A stretch of 61,790 nucleotides of DNA, filler included. It is 6 parts of 6 records of this genome, joined end to end, with 100 filler letters (N's around TTAATTAATTAA, not from the genome) between each part and the next. Parts side by side here need not be neighbours in the genome. Positions count along the whole stretch, not along the records: positions 1 to 19,806 come from SRR20825010_5720; 5 more parts are not named here. The stretch is one strand, 5' to 3'. Under the pieces are notes generated by a model, which saw only the letters and a list, made by a program, of their open reading frames with translations, was not told the origin of the DNA and did no database searches. The translations under genes and the position numbers were made by a program. Positions 1 to 9,627 of this stretch are shown in pieces. Position 1 is the first letter of the stretch, and every line of letters begins with the position of its first letter.

Positions 1-934
<934 letters not shown>

Positions 935-976
935 AGCGTCGTCTCTTCCCGATGTGATGGTTTCTGTTTTGTTTGC

Positions 977-1717
977 TCACGCCGTCACCAGGGTGAGGGC
1001 GGGATAGCGAGCCTTGATGCGGTCGTCATTCATGGCGACTTCGAGATTGCGCCGGGCAAGGCGGGCATGCTCGCGGGCGAGGGCCTCGGCCCTGCTGCCC
1101 TCCCGCAACTCGATGGCGTTCACGATGGCCCGGTGCTGCGATTGGGCGAGCACCAGAGAGCCATGAAATTCGGGCAGGTCACGCTGCACCATGAGAAGCG
1201 CATTCGGGCTGGCGAAAGGCAGAGCCGTCAGCCGGTCTATTTCCCGGGCAATCACCGAACTGCCGCAACTTTCTCTCACCAGGGCATGGAATGCGGCATT
1301 GCAGGCGGTATAGGCATCATGATCGAGATCGTTGCCCGTGGCCTGAAGCAGAGCGTCGATCTCCGACAGCAATGTCCTGAAAGCCATGATCTGTGCCGGA
1401 GAGATGCCGCGTTCGGCGGCAAGACGGGCGGCGGTGCCCTCAAGCACGCCGCGCAGTTCTATGGCATCCAGAATGTCGTCGGTCGCGAATTTGCGGACGG
1501 CAAAGCCACCGGACGGAATGGCGTCGACCGCGCCTTCCTGCTCCAGCCGGGCAAGGGCGGCGCGGACCGGAGTACGGGAAAGCTGCAATCGCTCGGCGAT
1601 GGCCGGTTCGCTCAATCGGGCGCCAGGCTCGAATACTCCGGAAAACAGAAGTTCTCGAATTCCGGTGAGCGCGCGCTCAGACTGGCTTCGCGTCCTTTCC
1701 TGGCTTTCGCTCTCCAT
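977..1717 (-). CDS. GntR family transcriptional regulator (FadR/VanR-like, FCD domain)
   Basis: wHTH RLSEPAIAERLQLSRTPVRAALARLEQEG; FCD motifs NAAFH and AQSQHRAIVNAI. Start taken at MESESQ (1717). Confidence 0.9.
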   Translation of the reverse strand: MESESQERTRSQSERALTGIRELLFSGVFEPGARLSEPAIAERLQLSRTPVRAALARLEQEGAVDAIPSGGFAVRKFATDDILDAIELRGVLEGTAARLAAERGISPAQIMAFRTLLSEIDALLQATGNDLDHDAYTACNAAFHALVRESCGSSVIAREIDRLTALPFASPNALLMVQRDLPEFHGSLVLAQSQHRAIVNAIELREGSRAEALAREHARLARRNLEVAMNDDRIKARYPALTLVTA

Positions 1718-1775
1718 CAGTCGGGTGTCCCGGGTGTTTTGAACTATGCGAGATGATATTCGGTCAATCGTCACA

Positions 1776-1846
1776 TGTATACAGGTCGCTTTTATGTTGG
1801 TGGATTTTGTTGTGTTTTGGGGGTGATTTAACTCGTGATGTATACA
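1776..1846. promoter_or_regulatory. Two TGTATACA palindromes, putative GntR/FadR-type operators
   Basis: TGTATACA at 1776-1783 and 1839-1846, upstream of the GntR gene. Confidence 0.55.
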
Positions 1847-2076
1847 CAATGTTTCTTGATTGCCGGAATGCCGCCCTCTCGGGCGGGTTTCCATCATGTG
1901 GCATATCATCGAATTTTCTGATTAACCCTGTGTGTTCTGTCTAAAGTAATGCGTGATATGGACGGAGCCTGTTCCCGTTCATGTGACAAAGGCACGTGAT
2001 GTGTAGAAAGGGGCGACAGGAGGGCATCGCAAAACTGCATTGTAAATCATGGACAGGTGGCTGTGGGCGGAACTGA

Positions 2077-2577
2077 ATGACACTGCAAATTGTCCGGGGG
2101 ATAGAGGATCTGGAAGGCACCGATCCGGCTATCCAGGATTTTTATAAATATTGGCTGCGCCTTGTTCGAGAGAATGACGCTCTTCCGGCGCGGCGCCAGA
2201 TTGATCCGATCGAGATCTGGCCGCATATCGGTAAAATTGCGATCGCGGAGCTCTATAGAGACGGCGTTTTTGATCCCTGGTACCGGCTGGTTGGTGCCAA
2301 TATTTCGGAGCTTGCAGGCCGCTTTCTAAAAAACCGTCTGTACAGGGATCTGTATTCCAAAGAGCAGGCAGAGCAGCTTGGTGTGCTTTATCACGAGATA
2401 ATGCAGGACAAGTTGCCGCGCTATGAAGTCTCCAGCAACAAGCTGCCAGACCGGGAGTTCGTGAAGATTGCCCGGCTGATGACCCCGTTTGCCACAGATC
2501 ATCATAATGTTGATGTTATTGTTGGCCTTGTTGTCGCGGTTCAGGAGCGCCGGACAGTCCCCCGGCGATTATTTTAA
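2077..2577 (+). CDS. Stand-alone PAS-domain protein (PAS_5/DUF1457-like)
   Basis: Y..W....LPARRQIDP.EI..HI, YRLVG and RLMTPFATD...VDVIVG pattern, typical of alphaproteobacterial PAS_5 proteins. Confidence 0.75.
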   Translation: MTLQIVRGIEDLEGTDPAIQDFYKYWLRLVRENDALPARRQIDPIEIWPHIGKIAIAELYRDGVFDPWYRLVGANISELAGRFLKNRLYRDLYSKEQAEQLGVLYHEIMQDKLPRYEVSSNKLPDREFVKIARLMTPFATDHHNVDVIVGLVVAVQERRTVPRRLF

Positions 2578-2770
2578 AACTGTAATGTCTGATTCCGAGT
2601 CCGGGAAACAGGGAAACGCCAGATCGGAGGGGAGGAAAGCCCTCTCCGAAGCCGTTTTGCCGCACCCGCGTTGACGCTCCGGAAGCTTTCGTGAATAGTC
2701 TTCCCGCTAGAAAAAACTATTGAAATGTCATGCGTTAGATCGCATTCCCGGGCAAACATGCGAGCGGTAA

Positions 2771-4885
2771 ATGGGGTTCTCGAAAACTAATTTGCGCTTG
2801 CGGCCGGTCATTCTGACGTTGTTCGTCATTCTGACCTTGCCCGTATTCTTGAGCATCGTTGCGGTGAACTACGTTTCCAATCAGGAAGCGGCGCATGCCT
2901 ATGCGGAGAAGCTGCTTCTCCGCTTCAATAACGAAGCTATCGACAATATGGAGCAATTGTTCGAGCCGATTAAGTCGCTGGTGCGCAGTGCCGCGACACT
3001 GGGCGGCGCGTTGCCTTCATTCTACGAAGATAACGGGTCGATCACCTATCTTCACAGCATCCTCCAGCATAGCGACGTTATCATCAGCGCCTATGTCGGG
3101 TTGGAAGACGGCTCTTTCCGGCAGGCCCGTCAGATCGATCCGGCTGTCCAGGTACAAGGCAAGTTGCCGCCGCCGGAGACGCGATACGCCGATCGCTGGA
3201 TCACGCGCGCGCCTGGGCAGGTGCCGACCGATCATTATATTTTCCTTGATAAGGAGCGTCGGGAGATTGGCCGGTCCGACAAAGGCACCTCCTACGATCC
3301 GCGCGGACGGCTTTGGTATGAAACGGCCCTGGCGTCGGGCGGTCTCTCCGTCAGCGATGTCGATGTTTTCGCCGTGCTGGATCTTGTCGGCTTCACCGTC
3401 GGAGCGCCTTTTTACGGAGCGGACGGCAATCTGCGCGGCGTTGCCGCCGCTGACATCACCCTGGACGGTCTGTCGGACTATCTGGCCGAGAGCAAGATCA
3501 GCGCGGGGACAATCTCCTTCATTCTGGATCATCAGGGCGGTGTGATCGCCAATTCGCGTCAGGAAAAGACCTATGGCAGCCGAAGCGGCCGTCCCGAGCT
3601 GATGCATGTGACCTCGCTCGATGACGATCTGCCGGCGATTGCCTTCAGCCTGCGGCCGCGCGACAGCGAGGGGATGTATGTCTTTGAACATGATGGCAGG
3701 GAATATGTTGCGAGCCTGACGACATTCCCGCCGTCTTTCGGCAAGGCATGGCAATTGTTCGTCGTCACGCCGTTCTCGGACTTCACCGGCACACTGGAAG
3801 AGCGGAACAGGCAGCTTTTCATCTTCGGTCTGATCGCCATCCTGGTGCAGATCATCATCATCTACTTCCTCTCGGGCGTGATCTCTGCACCGCTTGAGAG
3901 GCTCGCGGTGAAGGTGACGAGGATCAAGGATCTGGACGTGGAGAGTCCGCTGGCGCTGCAAACCCCGATCCGGGAGGTCGCCCTGCTCGGGCGTGCGATT
4001 GATACGCTCGATACGACGGTTAAATCCTTCGCGTCCTTCGTGCCGGTCGATCTGGTGCGGCAGCTTCTCGACACCGATCAGAAGATGGCGCTGGGCGGCT
4101 ACAACAAGTTCCTCACCATCTTTTTCTCCGATATCGAGGGCTTCTCGACACTTTCGGAATCCACACCGTCGAAACAGCTTTTGCAGCGGGTTTCGGCCTA
4201 TCTCGAGGCAGTGACACGGGCGACCAAGCAGGAAAGCGGAACCATCGACAAGTTCATTGGCGATGGGGTAATGGCGTTCTGGGGCGCGCCGAACCGGCTG
4301 GACGACCATGCCATGCATGCCTGTTTCGCGGCTCTCAGAATTCAGCATGAAATGGCCCGCATGAACGCGGAGTGGAAAGCCCAGGGGATGATGCCGCTGA
4401 ACATCCGCATCGGCATTCACAGCGATGCGGTTCTGGTCGGCAATATCGGGTCCTCGGACCGGATGAATTACACGGTCATGGGCGATGGCGTGAACATTGC
4501 TTCCCGGCTGGAGGGTATCAACAAGGATTACGGAACACGGATCTGCATCAGCCACACAGTGTTCAAGGAAGCTGGTGACCGGCTGTGCGTCCGGCCGATC
4601 GACGAGGTCGCTGTCAAGGGGCGCCGGTCCAAGGTGCCGATCTACGAGCTGGTCGGCGCTTACGATCTGGAAGCCGAGTTCGAGCCCGACGCACAGCTTG
4701 TGCGGCTTTGCGAGATGACGCGCGATGCCTATACGGCGCTGGTTGCGGAGGATCTTGAACTCGCACTGGAACGCTACGAGGCAATCCTGGTCGAATATCC
4801 GGATGATACAGTAGCGCGTGAAATGGCGCGGAGGCTCGCTCCCGCTGCACCAAAATTGAGTGAATCCAAAGAAATTTCGGACTGA
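2771..4885 (+). CDS. Membrane class III adenylate/guanylate cyclase (TM-dCache-TM-HAMP-cyclase-TPR-like tail)
   Basis: Two hydrophobic segments flank a Cache region (YDPRGRLWY, GVAAADITL). Cyclase motifs FFSDIEGFS, IDKFIGDGVMAFWGAP, YTVMGDGVNIASRLEG and VKGR. The K and T specificity residues point to ATP use. Confidence 0.93.
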   Translation: MGFSKTNLRLRPVILTLFVILTLPVFLSIVAVNYVSNQEAAHAYAEKLLLRFNNEAIDNMEQLFEPIKSLVRSAATLGGALPSFYEDNGSITYLHSILQHSDVIISAYVGLEDGSFRQARQIDPAVQVQGKLPPPETRYADRWITRAPGQVPTDHYIFLDKERREIGRSDKGTSYDPRGRLWYETALASGGLSVSDVDVFAVLDLVGFTVGAPFYGADGNLRGVAAADITLDGLSDYLAESKISAGTISFILDHQGGVIANSRQEKTYGSRSGRPELMHVTSLDDDLPAIAFSLRPRDSEGMYVFEHDGREYVASLTTFPPSFGKAWQLFVVTPFSDFTGTLEERNRQLFIFGLIAILVQIIIIYFLSGVISAPLERLAVKVTRIKDLDVESPLALQTPIREVALLGRAIDTLDTTVKSFASFVPVDLVRQLLDTDQKMALGGYNKFLTIFFSDIEGFSTLSESTPSKQLLQRVSAYLEAVTRATKQESGTIDKFIGDGVMAFWGAPNRLDDHAMHACFAALRIQHEMARMNAEWKAQGMMPLNIRIGIHSDAVLVGNIGSSDRMNYTVMGDGVNIASRLEGINKDYGTRICISHTVFKEAGDRLCVRPIDEVAVKGRRSKVPIYELVGAYDLEAEFEPDAQLVRLCEMTRDAYTALVAEDLELALERYEAILVEYPDDTVAREMARRLAPAAPKLSESKEISD

Positions 4886-4888
4886 ACT

Positions 4889-5599
4889 ATGCCTGAATAC
4901 AAAGAATTTACCGTGGCGCCGCCTGCGCTTCGACCGAGTGAGTATACGGCGGCACTGATCCATGCCCTGCAATGTGACAGGGATCGGGTCCGCGGTAAGA
5001 ACGTGCTGGAAATGGGTTCCGGAAGCGGTGTGATACTTGCCGCACTGGCCGACCTTGGTGCTGCATCCCTGTGCGGAATCGATGTTGAGGATGACGCCGT
5101 TGCCGCTGGCACGTTCCTGCTTCAGGAACTGGGACATGGCAAGCTGGGCAAGATCCATCAGGGCAGCATGTGGCAACCGGTGACAGGCCGCCGCTTCGAT
5201 CTTATCGCGGCCAACTTGCCGCATTTTGCGATGGAAGACCACGAAGTGCCGGGGCGGCACACCACCTGGAGCGCCGGTGGTCCGAACGGCCGCAGGCTGC
5301 TCGACCCCTTTTTGCATGGCTTGAGCGGGCATCTGGCCGAGGGCGGCCGGGCGATCATCACCCATAATGGTTTTGTCGGCCTTGACGCCTCGCAGGCGAT
5401 TGCCGCTGAATATGGTCTCTCTCTTCAAGTCGTCGCGACGGTTCTCGTGTCGATACCGCCCGAAAAGCTCGCCCTGATGACCCCGCAGATCCTGTTGGCG
5501 GAGAAGGGGAAATCAGTGCACCGTTATGGTCCCTATACATTTGCCGATATGCATGTCGTTGAAATTGCCGGCAAGGGGCAGGTCTCGAATGATGCATGA
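4889..5599 (+). CDS. Class I SAM-dependent methyltransferase, HemK2/PrmC-like
   Basis: Motif I VLEMGSGSG, NPPY-like FDLIAANLPHF, and WSAGGPNGRRLLDPFL. Starts 3 bp after the cyclase stop. Confidence 0.8.
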   Translation: MPEYKEFTVAPPALRPSEYTAALIHALQCDRDRVRGKNVLEMGSGSGVILAALADLGAASLCGIDVEDDAVAAGTFLLQELGHGKLGKIHQGSMWQPVTGRRFDLIAANLPHFAMEDHEVPGRHTTWSAGGPNGRRLLDPFLHGLSGHLAEGGRAIITHNGFVGLDASQAIAAEYGLSLQVVATVLVSIPPEKLALMTPQILLAEKGKSVHRYGPYTFADMHVVEIAGKGQVSNDA

Positions 5600-7250
5600 T
5601 TGGCGCTTACTGGGGCTGGTCGCAGGGTTTCTGACTGCCATGATGGTTCCGGCAGTGGCGGAAAAACCTGATGCGGCACTGACGCGCCTGATCGGTGAGG
5701 CCCGTATCGAGGCTGAAACGCCCGGGACCTGTGAGAAGCCCGGTATCGATCGTCTGATACGGATCTTCTGTGACGGCCAAATCCGGGCGGGTATTCGCGA
5801 AAAATATCCTTTGTTCGGCACGCGCGAAGGCGATGAGCGTTTCGGCTATGACGTGGACGTTGCCCGCGCGGTTGCAGCAAGGCTGGGAGTCGAGCCGGTC
5901 TTCACCCGGGTGAAGGCGGCGACCCGTATCGTCCTGCTGGATGAAGACAAGATCGACGTGGTTCTGGCAACCATGGGCCATAACACCCAGCGCGACGGTC
6001 AGGCCCGCTTCATCCGTCCGCACTATTACCAGTCCGAAACCGTTCTGATCGGGCCGAAAGAGCTGAAGGTGGCGGGCTGGAAGGATATTGCCGGGCATAG
6101 TATCTGCGTGACGATAGGCAACGGCTCCAACGCCCAGATGATCTCTCATCAGGCCCGCCTCATGCTGTTCGAGGAGGCGACTGTGCTTCCTGTGCGCCTC
6201 GCGGATGAGACCTGCATGCTGGCGGCGCAGGACAACAGCTTCTTCGCCTCCTACTTCACGGATGAGGATTTTGCCCGCCGTTTCGAGCCGAAATTCGGTT
6301 TCGCGCAAGTGCCGTGGGGCATGGCGGTGGCGCGCACCGGTAGTGACAGGCTGGCACAGGTGCTCGACCTGATGAGCCAGACCTTCCATCGCACTGGCGT
6401 CTTTCTGGAAAACGGCCGGAAGAACAAGATTGCGGCCGGTTTTCTGGAAAGCCAGAAAGAGGTCTGGGCCAGGCCGGAATGCAATACAGCCGAAGGCAAC
6501 AAGGACCCAGCATGCATCCTGCCGCCGCTCGATGCGGCTCTGGAGCCGACATCGTTCATCGGAAATATCGTCGCGGTGGAACAATGGATAGCCGACACTA
6601 CGGGGCTGTCCGTGTCCCTGCCGATGTTCAAGACAATGCCGGCATGGACGCTGTTCCAGAGCGGCGTCGTCAATTCGCTTTATCTGGTTGTTGGCGCGCT
6701 CGGCGCGACACTGTTTTTTGCCCTTCTTCTGGGGGCGTTGCAAAGCTCGGAGAACCCCGTCGTCCAATGGGTCTTTCATGCCCTGACAGTGATCCTGCAA
6801 TCCTCTCCGGTGGTGCTCACCGTGGTGATTGCGGCGGCTGTGGCGCAGGAATTCTTCACCTATTCCTCCGTGGTTGCGATTGGCGCCGCCATCGTGGCGC
6901 TTGGCCTGATGAACGGCAGTAATGCGGGGCAGGCAATTGGTGAGGCGATGCACACACTGCATGCGGAGAACGCGGGTAAGGATATTCCCGAAACCCAGCT
7001 GTTCGGCCGTGCCGTGAGCCGGTCGGCCACCCAGATCGTCTCCTTTCTGATCAATGCGGCGAAAGGCACGCCTGTCGCCGCTTTCATCGGTGCGCCGGAG
7101 CTGCTGAGTGCCCTGACGGACATCACCTCCTTCGCAAGCGGACGGGCAACGACCTATACGATGCTGCTGGTGTTCTACGTTCTCGTCGTCATGGTCGTGG
7201 TCTGGCTGTGTGGCCGGTTACGGGTGGTTCTTGAAAGGAGGCACGCGTGA
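5589..7250 (+). CDS. Polar amino-acid-type substrate-binding domain (SBP family 3) fused to an ABC-type permease domain
   Basis: Signal peptide; GYDVDVARAVAARLGV, RIVLLDEDKIDVVLATM and HYYQS SBP3 motifs; C-terminal TM helices with GVVNSL and INAAKGTPVAAFIGAPEL permease pattern. Overlaps the methyltransferase stop. Confidence 0.85.
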   Translation: MMHDWRLLGLVAGFLTAMMVPAVAEKPDAALTRLIGEARIEAETPGTCEKPGIDRLIRIFCDGQIRAGIREKYPLFGTREGDERFGYDVDVARAVAARLGVEPVFTRVKAATRIVLLDEDKIDVVLATMGHNTQRDGQARFIRPHYYQSETVLIGPKELKVAGWKDIAGHSICVTIGNGSNAQMISHQARLMLFEEATVLPVRLADETCMLAAQDNSFFASYFTDEDFARRFEPKFGFAQVPWGMAVARTGSDRLAQVLDLMSQTFHRTGVFLENGRKNKIAAGFLESQKEVWARPECNTAEGNKDPACILPPLDAALEPTSFIGNIVAVEQWIADTTGLSVSLPMFKTMPAWTLFQSGVVNSLYLVVGALGATLFFALLLGALQSSENPVVQWVFHALTVILQSSPVVLTVVIAAAVAQEFFTYSSVVAIGAAIVALGLMNGSNAGQAIGEAMHTLHAENAGKDIPETQLFGRAVSRSATQIVSFLINAAKGTPVAAFIGAPELLSALTDITSFASGRATTYTMLLVFYVLVVMVVVWLCGRLRVVLERRHA

Positions 7251-7891
7251 TGAGCCAGTTTCCGGATCTCTCCCAGTTCCTGCCGCAGTTGCTCGCCGGC
7301 ATGGTGGTCAATTTCGAGATCGCCTTCATCGCGCTGGTCGTTGGCCTTGTCCTTGGCGGGGTGCTCTGCCTGCTCAGCCTCTCGGGCGGTATTCTCAAGG
7401 TGATTGTCGCCACTCTGGTCGGGGTGATGCGGGCAGCCCCAACCTTTGTCGTCATGTTCTTCCTGCTGAACGCCATCCCGAGCGGGACCGCGATCACCAT
7501 CGGAGAGATGAGCTTCGGCCTGGCGCCGTCGCCTCTGATGGCAGTCGCGCTTTCCCTCGTGCCGTATTCAGCGTCCTATGTGGTGGATAACGGGATCGAG
7601 GCGGTGATGCAGTTGCGCCGGGGCTCGATGCTGGGGGCGCTGCTGTTCCTGCCGAACATCACCCGGGCCTTCTTCGTGCTGGTCATGTCTTCCAGCACCG
7701 GTGCGGCCATTGGTGTGAACGAGGGGATTGCCGTTATCCTGAGGGCCGCGGCGCCGATGACCTCGCTTGCGGACAAGATGGTCCTGTTCGCCATCGGCAT
7801 TCTCTGTTTCGGTCTGACCCTGCAGCTCGGTTTCTTCCTGATGCGGCGGTTGCAGCGTCAGCTTGGCCGGTATGCGGTACCGGCTGGCTGA
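7247..7891 (+). CDS. HisM/GlnP-like amino-acid ABC permease (divergent)
   Basis: LPQLLAGMVVNFEIA, VMRAAPTFV and SSSTGAAIGV match the permease pattern; overlaps the upstream stop. Confidence 0.8.
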   Translation: MMSQFPDLSQFLPQLLAGMVVNFEIAFIALVVGLVLGGVLCLLSLSGGILKVIVATLVGVMRAAPTFVVMFFLLNAIPSGTAITIGEMSFGLAPSPLMAVALSLVPYSASYVVDNGIEAVMQLRRGSMLGALLFLPNITRAFFVLVMSSSTGAAIGVNEGIAVILRAAAPMTSLADKMVLFAIGILCFGLTLQLGFFLMRRLQRQLGRYAVPAG

Positions 7892-8827
7892 CTAGAGGCT
7901 GATCCCGCTCTGCTCCGGATGCATCAGGCAGCGGTCCCAGTGTGGTGCGCCGCCGAAATGCTCGACCAGGATATCGATCAGCACGCGCACCTTGCCGGGC
8001 ACATTGGCGCCCGGTGGCCGGATCACGTAGATCCCGTGCTCCGCGAGGGGGAAGTTCGGCAGCACCGGCTCGACGGCGCCGCTTGCGAGGGCGTCGGAAA
8101 GCATGAAGGTAGGCCCGCCCGTAATCCCGTGCCCTTCAATGGCCCAGGCGAGCAGGGCATCTCCATTATCCGATCTCAACCGGCCTGACGGACGAACGGA
8201 AACCCACCGGTCGCCGTTGCGGAGGGTGATGTCCGGATCGGAACTGCCGGTATAGATCAGACAGTCATGGTTCGTCAGATCCACCGGTTTTTCCGGCCGG
8301 CCCCGGCGGGCGAGATAGTCGGGGCTGGCGACCAGAACAGAGCGGGCGGGGCCGATGCGGCGGGCGATCAGGCTGGAATCCCGCAATGTGCCGATGCGGA
8401 TGGCGACATCGAACCGCTCGGCGATCAGATCGACTTTCCGATCGCTGAAGGAAACATCGATTTCTAGTCTGGGGTGACGCTTCGCCAGCTCGGAGAGGAC
8501 GGGCACGACATGCCGCGTGCCGAAAGAGAGCGGGGCCGACAGGCGCAGACAGCCGACCACGTCCCCACCATGCTGGGCCACGGCTTCCCGGGCATCGTCA
8601 TATTCCGCGAGAATGCGCTCGCAGCGCATGGTGAATTCCAGCCCGGGCTCGGTCGGGCTGACACCGCGCGTGGTCCGGTTCAGCAGCACGGTGCCGAGAT
8701 CCGCCTCGATCCGGGCGATGCGGCGGCTGACGATGGACTTTGATATGCCGAGATAAGCCGCCGCCCGATTGAAGCCGCCGCTTTTCACCACTTCGAGAAA
8801 GCAGCGTATGTCTTCGATTTCGATCAT
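7892..8827 (-). CDS. LysR family regulator (CrgA/DmlR-like)
   Basis: HTH GGFNRAAAYLGISKSIVSRRIARIEADLG, LLNRTTR, GCLRLSAPLSFG and FDVAIRIG; divergent from azoR. Confidence 0.93.
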   Translation of the reverse strand: MIEIEDIRCFLEVVKSGGFNRAAAYLGISKSIVSRRIARIEADLGTVLLNRTTRGVSPTEPGLEFTMRCERILAEYDDAREAVAQHGGDVVGCLRLSAPLSFGTRHVVPVLSELAKRHPRLEIDVSFSDRKVDLIAERFDVAIRIGTLRDSSLIARRIGPARSVLVASPDYLARRGRPEKPVDLTNHDCLIYTGSSDPDITLRNGDRWVSVRPSGRLRSDNGDALLAWAIEGHGITGGPTFMLSDALASGAVEPVLPNFPLAEHGIYVIRPPGANVPGKVRVLIDILVEHFGGAPHWDRCLMHPEQSGISL

Positions 8828-8831
8828 CAGG

Positions 8832-8850
8832 TGTTCCTCCCAGAGCAACA
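8832..8850. promoter_or_regulatory. Putative LysR box (TGTT-N11-AACA)
   Basis: tgttcctcccagagcaaca, a T-N11-A dyad next to the lysR start in the divergent lysR/azoR region. Confidence 0.5.
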
Positions 8851-8939
8851 GCGTAGCGCATTTAGCGCTCATTCCGATCCGGATGCCGGACCACTACCTT
8901 ATCGGAAACGCCCTGACCAGCAGACATTGGACCCAGATC

Positions 8940-9557
8940 ATGTCGACCATCCTCGTTCTCACCAGCAGCGCCCTCGGTGATGCCTCCACTTCCGGACTGC
9001 TTATCGATGAAGCGGTTGCGAAACTTCAGGCCCAGCAACCGGGTGCGACAATCATCCGCCGTGATGTCGGTGGCTCTCCGCTGCCGCATCTTACCGAAAA
9101 CACAGTCGGCATCATTCGCGGCGCCGAGGCGACGAATGACGAGCAGGTGGCCGCGAAAAAGCTGGCCGCCGAACTCGTTGCTGAACTGCAGGCTGCCGAC
9201 ACCGTGCTGATTGGCGCGCCGATGTATAATTTCGGCATTACCTCGACCCTGAAGACATGGTTCGACCATGTGCTGCAGGTCGGCGTGACGTTCCGCTATA
9301 CGGAGAATGGCCCGGAAGGTCTGTTGAGCGGCAAGCGCGCGATCGTTGTCGAAACCCGCGGCGGCCTCTATAGCGAGGGCCCGGCCCAGGTCATGGACGC
9401 GCAGGAGCCGCATCTGCGCGGCATGCTCGGTTTCATCGGGATCACAGACGTGACCTTCGTCCGGGCCGAGAAGCTCGCCTTTGGTGACGAAGCCCGCGAA
9501 GAATCCCTGACCGGTGCCCGCAAGGCGCTGGATGGCGCGTTCGCGGCTGCTGCGTGA
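8940..9557 (+). CDS. azoR: FMN-dependent NADH-azoreductase
   Basis: ILVLTSS, GAPMYNFGITSTLKTWFD, GVTFRYTENGPEGLL, TRGGLYS and LGFIGITDVTFVRAE. Confidence 0.93.
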   Translation: MSTILVLTSSALGDASTSGLLIDEAVAKLQAQQPGATIIRRDVGGSPLPHLTENTVGIIRGAEATNDEQVAAKKLAAELVAELQAADTVLIGAPMYNFGITSTLKTWFDHVLQVGVTFRYTENGPEGLLSGKRAIVVETRGGLYSEGPAQVMDAQEPHLRGMLGFIGITDVTFVRAEKLAFGDEAREESLTGARKALDGAFAAAA

Positions 9558-9569
9558 TCCATCTAATAC

Positions 9570-9604
9570 AAAGCCGCCGCCGGAGTGATCCGGCGGCGGC
9601 TTTT
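9570..9604. terminator. Probable bidirectional rho-independent terminator
   Basis: aaagccgccgccgga-gtga-tccggcggcggctttt, a perfect stem between convergent genes. Confidence 0.85.
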
Positions 9605-9627
9605 GCTTATCTGCTTTTCAGATACGC

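Noticed and set aside
2620-2655. Hairpin after the PAS gene as a terminator or riboswitch
   Set aside because: Imperfect stem, no adjacent U-tract and no recognisable aptamer.
3017-5428. 803-aa minus-strand ORF
   Set aside because: Antisense shadow of the cyclase and methyltransferase genes in GC-rich DNA; no recognisable motifs.
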